Assembly (NCBI GenBank): GCA_045126755.1
Contig: JBGVOY010000139.1
Span: 1-49,462, forward strand
Length of the DNA stretch: 49,462 nucleotides
Source of the DNA: Alphaproteobacteria bacterium
GTDB taxonomy: Bacteria > Pseudomonadota > Alphaproteobacteria > RF32 > CAG-239
Reading direction: 5' to 3'
The notes under the pieces are model-generated. The model saw only the letters and a program-made list of their open reading frames with translations. It had not been told where the DNA came from and searched no databases. Below, piece by piece: positions 17,453 to 26,644 of this stretch. Position numbers and translations under genes: made by a program. Position 1 is the stretch's first letter. Every line of letters starts with the position of its first letter.

Positions 17453-20086
17453 ATGACTACAAGTGTAAAACAAATAAGAAAAACTTTTTTAGATTATTTT
17501 GCAAAAAATAATCATAAAATTATTCCGTCATCTTCTTTGGTGCCGGATAATGACCCTACATTGATGTTTACAAACTCCGGAATGGTTCAATTTAAGAATA
17601 TCTTTACCGGTAATGAAACCCGTGATTATAAACGAGCGGCCTCTTCCCAAAAATCTGTTCGTGCCGGCGGTAAGCACAATGACCTTGACAGCGTTGGTTA
17701 TGACGTTCGTCATCATACATTTTTTGAAATGCTCGGCAACTTCTCTTTTGGTGATTATTTTAAAGAAGAAGCTATTAAATATGCTTGGGAATTGGTTACC
17801 AAAGAATTTTGTTTACCTAAAGAAAAGTTAGCCGTTACCGTTTTTCATACAGATGATGTAGCACGCAATTTATGGAAAAAAATCTCAGGTCTTCCTGATG
17901 ATAAGATTATCGGTATTGCTACAAAGGATAACTTCTGGCAAATGGGCGATACAGGTCCTTGCGGATACTGTTCGGAAATTTTTTATGACCATGGTCCCGA
18001 AGTTTGGGGCGGCTTACCCGGAACACCAGAAGAAGACGGCGACAGATGGATTGAAATTTGGAACTTAGTGTTTGATGAATTTGAAGATTTACCTGACGGC
18101 TCTCGTGTTGAACTGAAACAAAAATGTATTGATACCGGAATGGGATTGGAGCGTATATCCGCAATTTTACAAGGTGTTCATTCTAACTATGATATTGACT
18201 TATTCAAAAACTTGGTAACTGATGTTTGTAAGTTTGCCGGAACCGATATTGAAAATAAAAACCTTACATCTTCATACAATGTAATTGCCGATCACTTACG
18301 TTCGGCATCGTTCTTGATTGCTGACGGTGTATTGCCGTCAAATGAAGGCAGAGGATATGTATTGCGTCGTATTATGAGAAGAGCAATGCGTCATATTTAT
18401 ATGCTGGGCGTTCATGAACCAATGATGTATAAACTGCTTCCTTCGTTGCAACGTGAAATGGGTGAAGCTTATCCTGAACTTTATCGTCATGAAGCACTAA
18501 TCAGAGAAACCATTAAAGCCGAAGAAACTCGTTTCGGCCGCACATTGTCTAACGGCTTAAAATTACTTGATGAAGAAACAAAAGATTTGCATGAAGGCGA
18601 TGAGTTAAACGGTCAGACTGCATTTAAGCTTTATGATACATACGGCTTCCCTCTTGACTTAACCGAAGATGCCTTAAAACTTAAAAACATCAAAGTCGAT
18701 ACCGATGGTTTTAATGCCGCTATGGAAAAACAAAAAGCTGAAGCTCGTAAAAACTGGGCAGGCTCCGGTGATGCAGGTGTTGAAAAAATTTGGTTTGAAT
18801 TGCAAGAAAAATTAGGAACTACCGAATTTTTAGGCTATAATACATTAAAATCAGATGCTCAAATTTTGGCTTTAGTTCAAAACAACCAAGAAGTTGACGA
18901 AGTAAAAGAGGGTGATTTTTACTTAGTTGCAAATCAATCTCCTTTTTATGGTGAATGCGGCGGACAAGTCGGAGATATCGGAAAAATTATCAATTCTGAT
19001 TTTGAGGCAAAAGTTATTGATACCAAGAAAAAACTTGACGGTTTGATTGTTCATGTTTGCAAATTGATAAGCGGAACTGTTAAAAATCAGACATTTGCAT
19101 CATTTGAAGTTGATGAAGTAACTCGTAATCAAATTAGAGCAAATCACTCGGTTACTCACTTGGTTCATAAAGCATTACGCACAGTTTTGGGCGACCATAT
19201 CGCACAAAAGGGTTCGTTAGTGGGTCCGGAAAGAATGCGTTTTGACGTTTCACATAATAAACAAATCAGTCCGGATGAAATTTTGCAAGTAGAAAATTTG
19301 GTAAATGCTGCAATTAGAAGAAACTTAAATGTAAATACCGTTATAATGAATAAAGAAGAAGCGGTAAACTGCGGCGCTATGGCCTTATTCGGTGAAAAAT
19401 ATGCCGATGAAGTTCGTGTTGTGAAAATGGAAAAAGACAATGAAGTTTATTCTTCTGAACTTTGCGGCGGAACTCACGTTAATAGCACCGGAGATATCGG
19501 ATATTTTAATATTGTTTCCGAATCTGCCGTCGGAGCCGGTATCAGACGTATTGAGTGTGTAACCGGACTTGGTGCCGAAAGATTTGTTCAAAGTATTGAA
19601 AACAAACTTCATGGTGTGTGCTCACTTCTTAAAACCAATGTTAATGATTTAGAGGCAAGAATTAACAACCTTCTGGAAGAAAAGAAAAAACTTGAAGCAG
19701 ATATTTTTAACCTGAAGAAAACATTTGTAAGCCATAAAAGTGTTGATAATCAGGATAAAATCGGCACTGTAAACGGTATTAAATTTGTAGGTAAAATTGT
19801 AAATGGTGTTCATCCTAAAGAACTTAAAGCTTTCGTTGATGAAATTAACCAAACAATCGGTTCCGGTGTCGTGGTTTTGGCATCTGACAAAGATGATAAA
19901 GCATCTGTTGTTGTTGGGGTTACTCCTGATTTAACCGATAAATATTCGGCTGTAGATATGGTAAAAGCCGCGTCTGTCATTGTAGGCGGAAAAGGCGGAG
20001 GAGGAAGAGCTGATATGGCTCAAGCCGGTGGCCCTGATGCATCAAAGCTTCAAGAAGCAATAGATGTTATCAGAAATATGATATAA
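17453..20086 (+). CDS. alaS: Alanine--tRNA ligase
   Basis: 877 aa. Contains MFTNSGMVQFK, KHNDLDSVGYDVRHHTFFEMLGNFSFGDYFK, the editing-domain motifs HSVTHL...CGGTH, and a C-terminal DHHA1 GGKGGGGRADMAQAGG. Confidence 0.95.
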   Translation: MTTSVKQIRKTFLDYFAKNNHKIIPSSSLVPDNDPTLMFTNSGMVQFKNIFTGNETRDYKRAASSQKSVRAGGKHNDLDSVGYDVRHHTFFEMLGNFSFGDYFKEEAIKYAWELVTKEFCLPKEKLAVTVFHTDDVARNLWKKISGLPDDKIIGIATKDNFWQMGDTGPCGYCSEIFYDHGPEVWGGLPGTPEEDGDRWIEIWNLVFDEFEDLPDGSRVELKQKCIDTGMGLERISAILQGVHSNYDIDLFKNLVTDVCKFAGTDIENKNLTSSYNVIADHLRSASFLIADGVLPSNEGRGYVLRRIMRRAMRHIYMLGVHEPMMYKLLPSLQREMGEAYPELYRHEALIRETIKAEETRFGRTLSNGLKLLDEETKDLHEGDELNGQTAFKLYDTYGFPLDLTEDALKLKNIKVDTDGFNAAMEKQKAEARKNWAGSGDAGVEKIWFELQEKLGTTEFLGYNTLKSDAQILALVQNNQEVDEVKEGDFYLVANQSPFYGECGGQVGDIGKIINSDFEAKVIDTKKKLDGLIVHVCKLISGTVKNQTFASFEVDEVTRNQIRANHSVTHLVHKALRTVLGDHIAQKGSLVGPERMRFDVSHNKQISPDEILQVENLVNAAIRRNLNVNTVIMNKEEAVNCGAMALFGEKYADEVRVVKMEKDNEVYSSELCGGTHVNSTGDIGYFNIVSESAVGAGIRRIECVTGLGAERFVQSIENKLHGVCSLLKTNVNDLEARINNLLEEKKKLEADIFNLKKTFVSHKSVDNQDKIGTVNGIKFVGKIVNGVHPKELKAFVDEINQTIGSGVVVLASDKDDKASVVVGVTPDLTDKYSAVDMVKAASVIVGGKGGGGRADMAQAGGPDASKLQEAIDVIRNMI

Positions 20087-20087
20087 A

Positions 20088-20117
20088 CAAAGGGGAGAAT
20101 TTTCTCCCCTTTGTTTT
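20088..20117 (+). terminator. alaS rho-independent terminator
   Basis: CAAAGGGGAGA-ATTT-TCTCCCCTTTG followed by TTTT. Confidence 0.8.
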
Positions 20118-20193
20118 GCGTTTGTCATCTGTAGTATCTAATCAGTTTTCTTAATATATAAACACCATCTTAGCCAAGAAATTTTGCAGATAC

Positions 20194-20225
20194 AAAAAGC
20201 CGCCTTTTACATAAGGCGGCTTTTT
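20194..20225. terminator. Bidirectional terminator downstream of the Cys-rich protein gene
   Basis: AAAAA-GCCGCCTT-TTACAT-AAGGCGGC-TTTTT. Confidence 0.75.
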
Positions 20226-20238
20226 GTATGTTATCAGA

Positions 20239-22803
20239 TTATACACATTGACCAAGTCTGAAACTACCTGTTTCATCGTCTTTAACACATTTTAATACAA
20301 ACGACTTTCCTAATGCGGCACAATCTGTTTCAGTATCATCATAATCACACGTTGTTGCGCACTTCGTCGGATAAGACTGACCACCACACTCAACATAGTT
20401 TGTAGCAAATCCTCCCGTGCTTGCACATCCCTCAACCGTTACGCGATTGTAGATTGGTGATTTATTACCTGCACAGTCTGTCCCTGTGGCATCACAAGAC
20501 GCATAGTAATAACATCCTTGTGGTGCTCCTGAAACCGAAACTTGATAATTTCCATTAGCAAGTTTTGTTTCAAACAATGTTGATTTATTGGTTAAAGAGC
20601 AGCCATCAGTTGCATAAGGGCAAGGAGAAACGTTAATATATGTGCTATACAAACCACTTCCACATACTTTAACATCCGAACCTTCAGGAATTACTGTTTC
20701 AAGCACTGCTTCATACCCATCAGGAACAGTCACTTTATTATAACCGAACTTACTGCAATATGCTTCTGAACCACATTCTGCATAAAATGCACATTTTGTA
20801 GATGAATTTTTTGTTTCCGGAACTATACCCACCTCGACTTTTTTGTATTTAGACTTACCAGATTCGAAAACATAACAATTTTCATTACCGGTATATTCTG
20901 CGTTATTATATTGATCGCACGGGCTAGTTGCTTTTACACATTCTGTAGAACAATGAACCCAAGAACCATCATTTGAGGTATATAACTCATGACCTGAAGG
21001 ACATACTTCTTCATACAGCTTACCGCAACTATCTACAGCACCTTCAAAAAGCACTGCTCCGCCACCTTTACAATGATCTTGATTGCTAACTATAGATGTA
21101 AAATAGCCATATTGTTTAGCAAATCCGTCACAGCCTGTTTTTACATTTCCGGTAAATACATAGCTTCCTACCACATCACCTTTTTTCATACCGGCGGTAA
21201 TCTCATAAACATTACAAAGCGATTGTGAAGCGCTATCATTTTCGTTATTACACTTACAATTTGAAGCAAATGTTTTACCTCCGCAAGTAATTGAAGTGCC
21301 ATCATTTGCGTTAAGACATGTAGCCACCGGTAACCCCTTAACCGGAGAATATTTTCCTGCGCAGTCTGGCTCTTCGCTTTCGCAAGAATGAAGTCTGACA
21401 AGTTTTTCTTGTTCAGCATCAATCGGCTGACATTTTTCAACTTCATAATAACCGTTATTAAGATATGCCTGAGCATCAGCAGCAGTTAATACCAGTTCGC
21501 AAGAACCCTTATCGTTTCTGTAAGCTACATCACCTTTGTAAACACCGTAACACGTTTCTGCAACTTCACATGTTTGGTAAAATGTTCCTTTAGAGTTAAC
21601 ACAAACATCTCCTTTACCATACAAACCTTCACTGCAAGAAACATATCCTTGGCAAGTATTTTCAACACAAGATTTACCATCAGAGGATAATTTGTACCCC
21701 GGTTTACATCCTGCTACGGCATAGCAACCTAAACTGTTGGAAGCACACATCGCATTTGAAAAACTGCTCTGACAATCTGCTAATGTTTTGTACTCACACT
21801 CTAAACATAATTTAGCTGCAGAATCAAAAGGACAAGCAACATAGTTATCCGAACAAACCGTGTCAATATAACCCAGTTCGGCACAAATTTCATCATTTTG
21901 TTTCTCGCATAATTGTTCATAATCAAAATATCCGTCGATACAGGTGCAATTATTACCGCAGAAACCGCCTAAATTATCACCGATACCCATAACTGAAGAC
22001 TGGCAACTGATTAAAGGATCATTTCCTATAAATGAATATTGTGAGTCAGAACAACCATTGACACAGCTTGATTTATTTTCTTGATATGTTACACCGCACT
22101 TACATTCTAACGTAATGGCATTAAGATTGTCGTAGCATTTGTATTGCATAACATTGTTAGGTTGACTTGTGCAGTTATCATCAACGCCGACACAACAATC
22201 ATCAGCATCGGAAACCCAGTTATTTTTACCGGTTGCCGGACATATACATTGAGCATACCAATCGCCATCGGCATCGGTACACTTACCGCTTCCGGTTGCA
22301 TTATCACCGCATTTGTAATACCTGTCTCTGTTACATTTACACTCTTTATACTTGCCGCCACAAGAAACACCGACGCCTACCAATCCGTCAGCGGCAGAGC
22401 ATTCTTTATTATAGGAAGAATCGCAAACACATTTACCCTGCTGACATGTTGTCTGGTCTTCACCTTCAGCATTTGTACCGCTACAAGTTGCTCCGGTACA
22501 TACATAACCTAAGCTTTCATCACATGGAACCCAATAGTTTGTATTGGAACAGCAATCTTCCGGCTTGTATAATTCTATACCGCCTTCTTTACATGTATCG
22601 GCAGAACTGGGGGGAGTATCACAGAATGTATAACCCGGACAGTTGGTAAACGGAGCGAAATTGTTGCCTAAACATGCGTCATCCAGTATACCGTCACCGT
22701 CAAAATCATTACCGCCGCCTAAAAAACACACTCTAGCTTGAGAAACAGCACTTAAACACAGCACGAAACCCAAAATTAAAATTGACAGCTTAAACTTATT
22801 CAT
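20239..22803 (-). CDS. Large secreted cysteine-rich protein (854 aa, about 10% Cys), unknown family
   Basis: I prefer the ATG at 22803 (GGGGG SD 6 nt upstream), giving signal peptide MNKFKLSILILGFVLCLSAVSQA. My manual count is about 83 Cys. Recurrent CGG(K/Q)x(Y/F)xxxCxC-type motifs: SCGGKYKECKC, TCGGKTFASNCKC, ECGGQSYPTKCATTC. Confidence 0.7.
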   Translation of the reverse strand: MNKFKLSILILGFVLCLSAVSQARVCFLGGGNDFDGDGILDDACLGNNFAPFTNCPGYTFCDTPPSSADTCKEGGIELYKPEDCCSNTNYWVPCDESLGYVCTGATCSGTNAEGEDQTTCQQGKCVCDSSYNKECSAADGLVGVGVSCGGKYKECKCNRDRYYKCGDNATGSGKCTDADGDWYAQCICPATGKNNWVSDADDCCVGVDDNCTSQPNNVMQYKCYDNLNAITLECKCGVTYQENKSSCVNGCSDSQYSFIGNDPLISCQSSVMGIGDNLGGFCGNNCTCIDGYFDYEQLCEKQNDEICAELGYIDTVCSDNYVACPFDSAAKLCLECEYKTLADCQSSFSNAMCASNSLGCYAVAGCKPGYKLSSDGKSCVENTCQGYVSCSEGLYGKGDVCVNSKGTFYQTCEVAETCYGVYKGDVAYRNDKGSCELVLTAADAQAYLNNGYYEVEKCQPIDAEQEKLVRLHSCESEEPDCAGKYSPVKGLPVATCLNANDGTSITCGGKTFASNCKCNNENDSASQSLCNVYEITAGMKKGDVVGSYVFTGNVKTGCDGFAKQYGYFTSIVSNQDHCKGGGAVLFEGAVDSCGKLYEEVCPSGHELYTSNDGSWVHCSTECVKATSPCDQYNNAEYTGNENCYVFESGKSKYKKVEVGIVPETKNSSTKCAFYAECGSEAYCSKFGYNKVTVPDGYEAVLETVIPEGSDVKVCGSGLYSTYINVSPCPYATDGCSLTNKSTLFETKLANGNYQVSVSGAPQGCYYYASCDATGTDCAGNKSPIYNRVTVEGCASTGGFATNYVECGGQSYPTKCATTCDYDDTETDCAALGKSFVLKCVKDDETGSFRLGQCV

Positions 22804-22893
22804 AATAACCCCCATAGGTAAATAGACCTTACTTGTAAATATTTTATCAAATAAAGTTATAATTGTCAACGAAGCTTTTTGTTTTTTTTAAAA

Positions 22894-23490
22894 TTATTTG
22901 CTTTTTTGCCTTAAGTCAGCAATCAAATCATCAATGCCGTTTTTTGACTTTTTGATGTATGCGGTATATTCGTTTCGGGCAGTTATCGCTAAGCTGACAT
23001 TTTCAATTATGATGTCGACTACTTTTAAATTTCCGCCGGTGTCTTTTACTCGCCATATAACCTTTGCAGGCGCGCCTTGCGGCATAGGAACGCTTGTGTT
23101 TACAAAAATCTGATTTTTTGAATTAGACGGACTTGTTCCGTTAAATATAAAATTTTTGCCTTTAAATTCATCAAATCTTTTTGACCATGTTTTAATATTC
23201 ATCTGACGATATACTTTTATAAATTCGGCCCTTTGCTGCGAGTTAGCTGCATTCCAATAACGGCCAAGAACAAATTTGCCTATAAAATCTAAATCAAGAT
23301 ATTGATTAAAAAGCTTTTCAAAACGAGCATCTTTATCTTTTTGCGAAACATCAGCATTGATAATCTGTTCAATACCTTCATTAGTCAATTTCTTGATAAA
23401 TTCTTCCGCTTTTTGTGCTTCTGTCTGAGCTAACGCAGAATAGGAAAATGCCATGAATAAAGCCAAAAACAATGTAAAAATTTTCTTCAT
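22894..23490 (-). CDS. mlaC: Phospholipid-binding periplasmic protein MlaC/Ttg2D-like
   Basis: Signal peptide, then the typical D..FIGKFVLGRYWNAANSQQRAEFIKVYRQ pattern. Adjacent to mlaA. The ATG at 23490 is preferred over the TTG at 23496. Confidence 0.7.
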   Translation of the reverse strand: MKKIFTLFLALFMAFSYSALAQTEAQKAEEFIKKLTNEGIEQIINADVSQKDKDARFEKLFNQYLDLDFIGKFVLGRYWNAANSQQRAEFIKVYRQMNIKTWSKRFDEFKGKNFIFNGTSPSNSKNQIFVNTSVPMPQGAPAKVIWRVKDTGGNLKVVDIIIENVSLAITARNEYTAYIKKSKNGIDDLIADLRQKSK

Positions 23491-23508
23491 AACCAAACAC
23501 CTTTCTTT

Positions 23509-24264
23509 CTATTCAAAATCTGCTTCAAAGTCAAAATCATAACTGGGAACATCTTCTGTTTGTTCATCTTGAGAACATAAACTTACAAACTTTTTCCGAT
23601 TTTGCATAAACGCAGATTTTGTTGCTGCGTAAAAATCAACCGAAGATTGTTCAAGACCATCTAAAAGCTCCATATTTTCAGCTCTCAAATTTAAATATTT
23701 CAAACCTGTTGCACTCCATACGATAGTGTCATATTTTGCGTTATTGGAGTTAACTAAAGACCAATATAACGGGCTCATATAAGCATCGGCAGTCCACCCT
23801 AAAACGTGTCTCGGAGTTGATGGTCCGACAATAGGCAAAACAACAAAAGGTCCATCCGGAACACAATATTTTGCCATCGTTGCATCAAAAGAGTTTTTCT
23901 TTTTTTCCAATCCCCAACCGGAAGCAACATCAAAAGTTCCAAGCAATCCGAGTGTTGTGTTAATTACAAACCTGCCCGCAGAAACCCCCGTGTTTTTGAC
24001 TTCTCCTTGCAACAAATTGTTTATTGCATAAGCCGGTTCTTCCAAATTATTAAAAAAGGAACTTACTCTTGTTCTGATAAATTTATTTGTTACCTTTTTA
24101 TATCCTTTAGCAACCGGTTTTATAACTTTTTTATCCACCTGATAGTTAAAATCAAACATTGCTCTGTTATATGTTTCCAATTTAGTCTCTTCATGGTAGT
24201 TTGAAACGGAAGAACATGATGTTAATCCGGCTAAAACTAGTACGAGCAAAATTTTTTTATTCAT
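23509..24264 (-). CDS. mlaA: Outer-membrane lipoprotein MlaA/VacJ
   Basis: Lipobox LTSC. Contains NRAMFDFNYQVDKKVIKPVAKGYKKVT...FFNNLEEPAYAINNLLQG, characteristic of VacJ/MlaA. Confidence 0.8.
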   Translation of the reverse strand: MNKKILLVLVLAGLTSCSSVSNYHEETKLETYNRAMFDFNYQVDKKVIKPVAKGYKKVTNKFIRTRVSSFFNNLEEPAYAINNLLQGEVKNTGVSAGRFVINTTLGLLGTFDVASGWGLEKKKNSFDATMAKYCVPDGPFVVLPIVGPSTPRHVLGWTADAYMSPLYWSLVNSNNAKYDTIVWSATGLKYLNLRAENMELLDGLEQSSVDFYAATKSAFMQNRKKFVSLCSQDEQTEDVPSYDFDFEADFE

Positions 24265-24449
24265 TTAGCTATCCTTTGGTTTTATATATTTCTCTCCATA
24301 AATATAGCAAGTTTATTGAGTAAATCAACAAAAATTTGTTTAAAACAGGTATGGTTTTGTTACAAACAAGAAATGTTTTGTGTTTTGCATATTTAACCGA
24401 TTTAACTTATTATCGCTTTAGTTAAAAATATTGAAAAGGAAAATTAAAC

Positions 24450-25610
24450 ATGACTAACAAACCAGAAAAACCTATTAACTTGTTTGATTGTGCTGCTTCT
24501 CAAAAAGTTATCGGACAAGATAAATTTTTAGATGCTTTCAAAAAAATTTTAGATCATGGTGCATATTGTCAAGGTCACGAAACTCGTGAATTAGATCAAA
24601 AATTGGCTGAATATTCCGGCACAAAATATTGTGCAACATGCGGATCCGGAACCGACGCATTAACTTTGGCCCTTATGGCATGGGATGTTAAAGAAGGTGA
24701 TGCAGTGTTTGTTTCTTCATTTACCTTCGTTGCATCTGCTGAAGCTCCCGTATTGTTAGGCGCAACACCAATCTTTATTGATTCTAAACCTGATACATAC
24801 AATATGGATCCTGCAGACTTAAGACGTGCTATCGAAATGGTTAAAAAAGAGGGAAAACTTAACTTGAAAGCTATTATTCCGGTTGATATTTTCGGTTCTC
24901 CGTGCGAATACGATGAAATTATGAAAATTGCTGAAGAATATGGTATGAAAGTTTTATCTGACTCTTGCCAATCTTACGGTTCGGTTTATTATGGTAAAAG
25001 AGCCGGTTCTATCGCTGATATGACAGCTACTTCATTCTATCCGACAAAACCTTTAGGCGGATATGGTGACGGAGGTGCCGTATTTATCAATTCAGATAAA
25101 GAAAATGAACTTGTTAAATCTGCTCGTGTTCACGGTATGAGCCCGACTGACCACTATGACAACGTTCGTTTAGGTATGACAGGTCGTATGAACACATTCC
25201 AAGCTGCAGTATTATTACAAAAACTCACTGTTTTTGAACAAGAACTTAAAGACAGATACACTATTGCAAAACGTTATGACAATGAATTAAGTTCTTATTT
25301 CGGCAAACAAAAGATTTTAGATAACTGCCAATCTGCATACGCTTTATATACCATCACTTGTGAAAATCGTGATGAGCTGATGGCTTACTTGAAAGAAGCT
25401 GGTATTCCTTGCGGTGCATACTACCCACGTCCGGTAAATACACAAACAGCTTATGCAAAATGGAATACCCGTTCATTACCGGTTTGCGAAAAATTATCCA
25501 AAACAGTATTGAGTATTCCGATGCATCCGTATTTAGATAGCGACGTTCAATCTTATATCATTGAAAAGATGAATGAATTTGCATCAAAATATGAGGCAAA
25601 AGCCGCTTAA
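24450..25610 (+). CDS. DegT/DnrJ/EryC1/StrS-family PLP-dependent sugar aminotransferase
   Basis: 386 aa. GSGTDALTLAL, PLP-lysine context SFYPTKPLGGYGDGGAV, and SIPMHPYL near the C-terminus. Confidence 0.85.
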   Translation: MTNKPEKPINLFDCAASQKVIGQDKFLDAFKKILDHGAYCQGHETRELDQKLAEYSGTKYCATCGSGTDALTLALMAWDVKEGDAVFVSSFTFVASAEAPVLLGATPIFIDSKPDTYNMDPADLRRAIEMVKKEGKLNLKAIIPVDIFGSPCEYDEIMKIAEEYGMKVLSDSCQSYGSVYYGKRAGSIADMTATSFYPTKPLGGYGDGGAVFINSDKENELVKSARVHGMSPTDHYDNVRLGMTGRMNTFQAAVLLQKLTVFEQELKDRYTIAKRYDNELSSYFGKQKILDNCQSAYALYTITCENRDELMAYLKEAGIPCGAYYPRPVNTQTAYAKWNTRSLPVCEKLSKTVLSIPMHPYLDSDVQSYIIEKMNEFASKYEAKAA

Positions 25611-25623
25611 TAAACATAGCATT

Positions 25624-25652
25624 AAAAAACCTCCCAATCGGGAGGTTTTTTT
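25624..25652. terminator. Bidirectional terminator between the aminotransferase gene and virB11 (end of the T4SS operon)
   Basis: AAAAAA-CCTCCC-AATC-GGGAGG-TTTTTTT. Confidence 0.8.
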
Positions 25653-25664
25653 ATTTTATTTTTA

Positions 25665-26633
25665 CTAGGTAACTTCAGTAATTGCACGCAAGTTACCATC
25701 ACGATTGATTTGAACAACCCTTAATTTATGGCGCATTTCCTCAATCGTTTTTACTCTGTCAATAGTAGGATATGTGTGCAAAATACGGTCTGTAAATGCC
25801 TGATATGCAGCTTCTGAACTTTCAGCGTGAATTGTTGCCAAGCAGTTATCGTGACCTGAACCCATCAACTCCCATAATGCACCGGCATTAGATGTTGAAA
25901 TCTCACCTCCGATAATGGCATCAGGTGTAAAACGAACCACCAAGTCAATAATTTTTGCATAATCCATTTCGTTAGTTTGCTCGGTACGAGATAATGTTAA
26001 ATGCACTCTGTTCGGATGCGGAACCAAAAGTTCTCGGGTATCCTCTATGGTAAGCACTCTTTTATGAATATCTAAAATTTTTAACAAGTTATTCAAAAAA
26101 GTTGTTTTACCGGTTGAGGTTGCACCACTTACCAAAATATGATCGCCCCTTTTTATACTCAATAACAATCTTTCATACGGATCTTCAGGATCTTTAATAT
26201 CTTTCAGTGGGTTTATCTTATGCAAAGCTTTTCCTTGTGTTAATCCGTAATCGGATAATCCGAATGCAACGTCATCACTGTGAATACGAATTGTTAAAGC
26301 AACACCGCCTGTTAAATCATCATTATCATACATAACGTTACGGCCTGCAATCGCCGAAAAACGGTGGTCTCCCGGTATAGTTGCATAAACAACCGGAGAA
26401 CCTTGAACAGGGTCAAACGGAAGTTCGTATGTATTTGCAATAATATACAGCAAATCTGTTAAATATTCTTTGGAAAGTTTTTCATCTTTATACATTACCC
26501 ACGGATATGCTCTCTTGCCGCGTAGCCTTAACCATATCTGCCCTGCTTTATTGATGGCTACTTCCTCAATATTTTCCTGATTATACCAATATGATAATGG
26601 CCGTAAAACTGATTCTAATACCGTAAAACTCAT
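25665..26633 (-). CDS. virB11: T4SS ATPase VirB11
   Basis: 322 aa. N-terminal ...EEVAINKAGQIWLRL, Walker A SGATSTGKTTFLN, Asp box LTIEDTRE, His box GHDNCLATIHA. Last gene of the operon. Confidence 0.9.
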   Translation of the reverse strand: MSFTVLESVLRPLSYWYNQENIEEVAINKAGQIWLRLRGKRAYPWVMYKDEKLSKEYLTDLLYIIANTYELPFDPVQGSPVVYATIPGDHRFSAIAGRNVMYDNDDLTGGVALTIRIHSDDVAFGLSDYGLTQGKALHKINPLKDIKDPEDPYERLLLSIKRGDHILVSGATSTGKTTFLNNLLKILDIHKRVLTIEDTRELLVPHPNRVHLTLSRTEQTNEMDYAKIIDLVVRFTPDAIIGGEISTSNAGALWELMGSGHDNCLATIHAESSEAAYQAFTDRILHTYPTIDRVKTIEEMRHKLRVVQINRDGNLRAITEVT

Positions 26634-26644
26634 ATCTTTATCCT

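Noticed and set aside
22107-22649. Plus- and minus-strand alternative ORFs (22144..22512, 22167..22649, 22107..22370) inside the Cys-rich gene
   Set aside because: They overlap a much longer ORF that has a signal peptide and an SD. Their His/Arg/Tyr- or Ile/Thr-rich translations are typical out-of-frame or antisense products of a TGY/GCA-rich gene.
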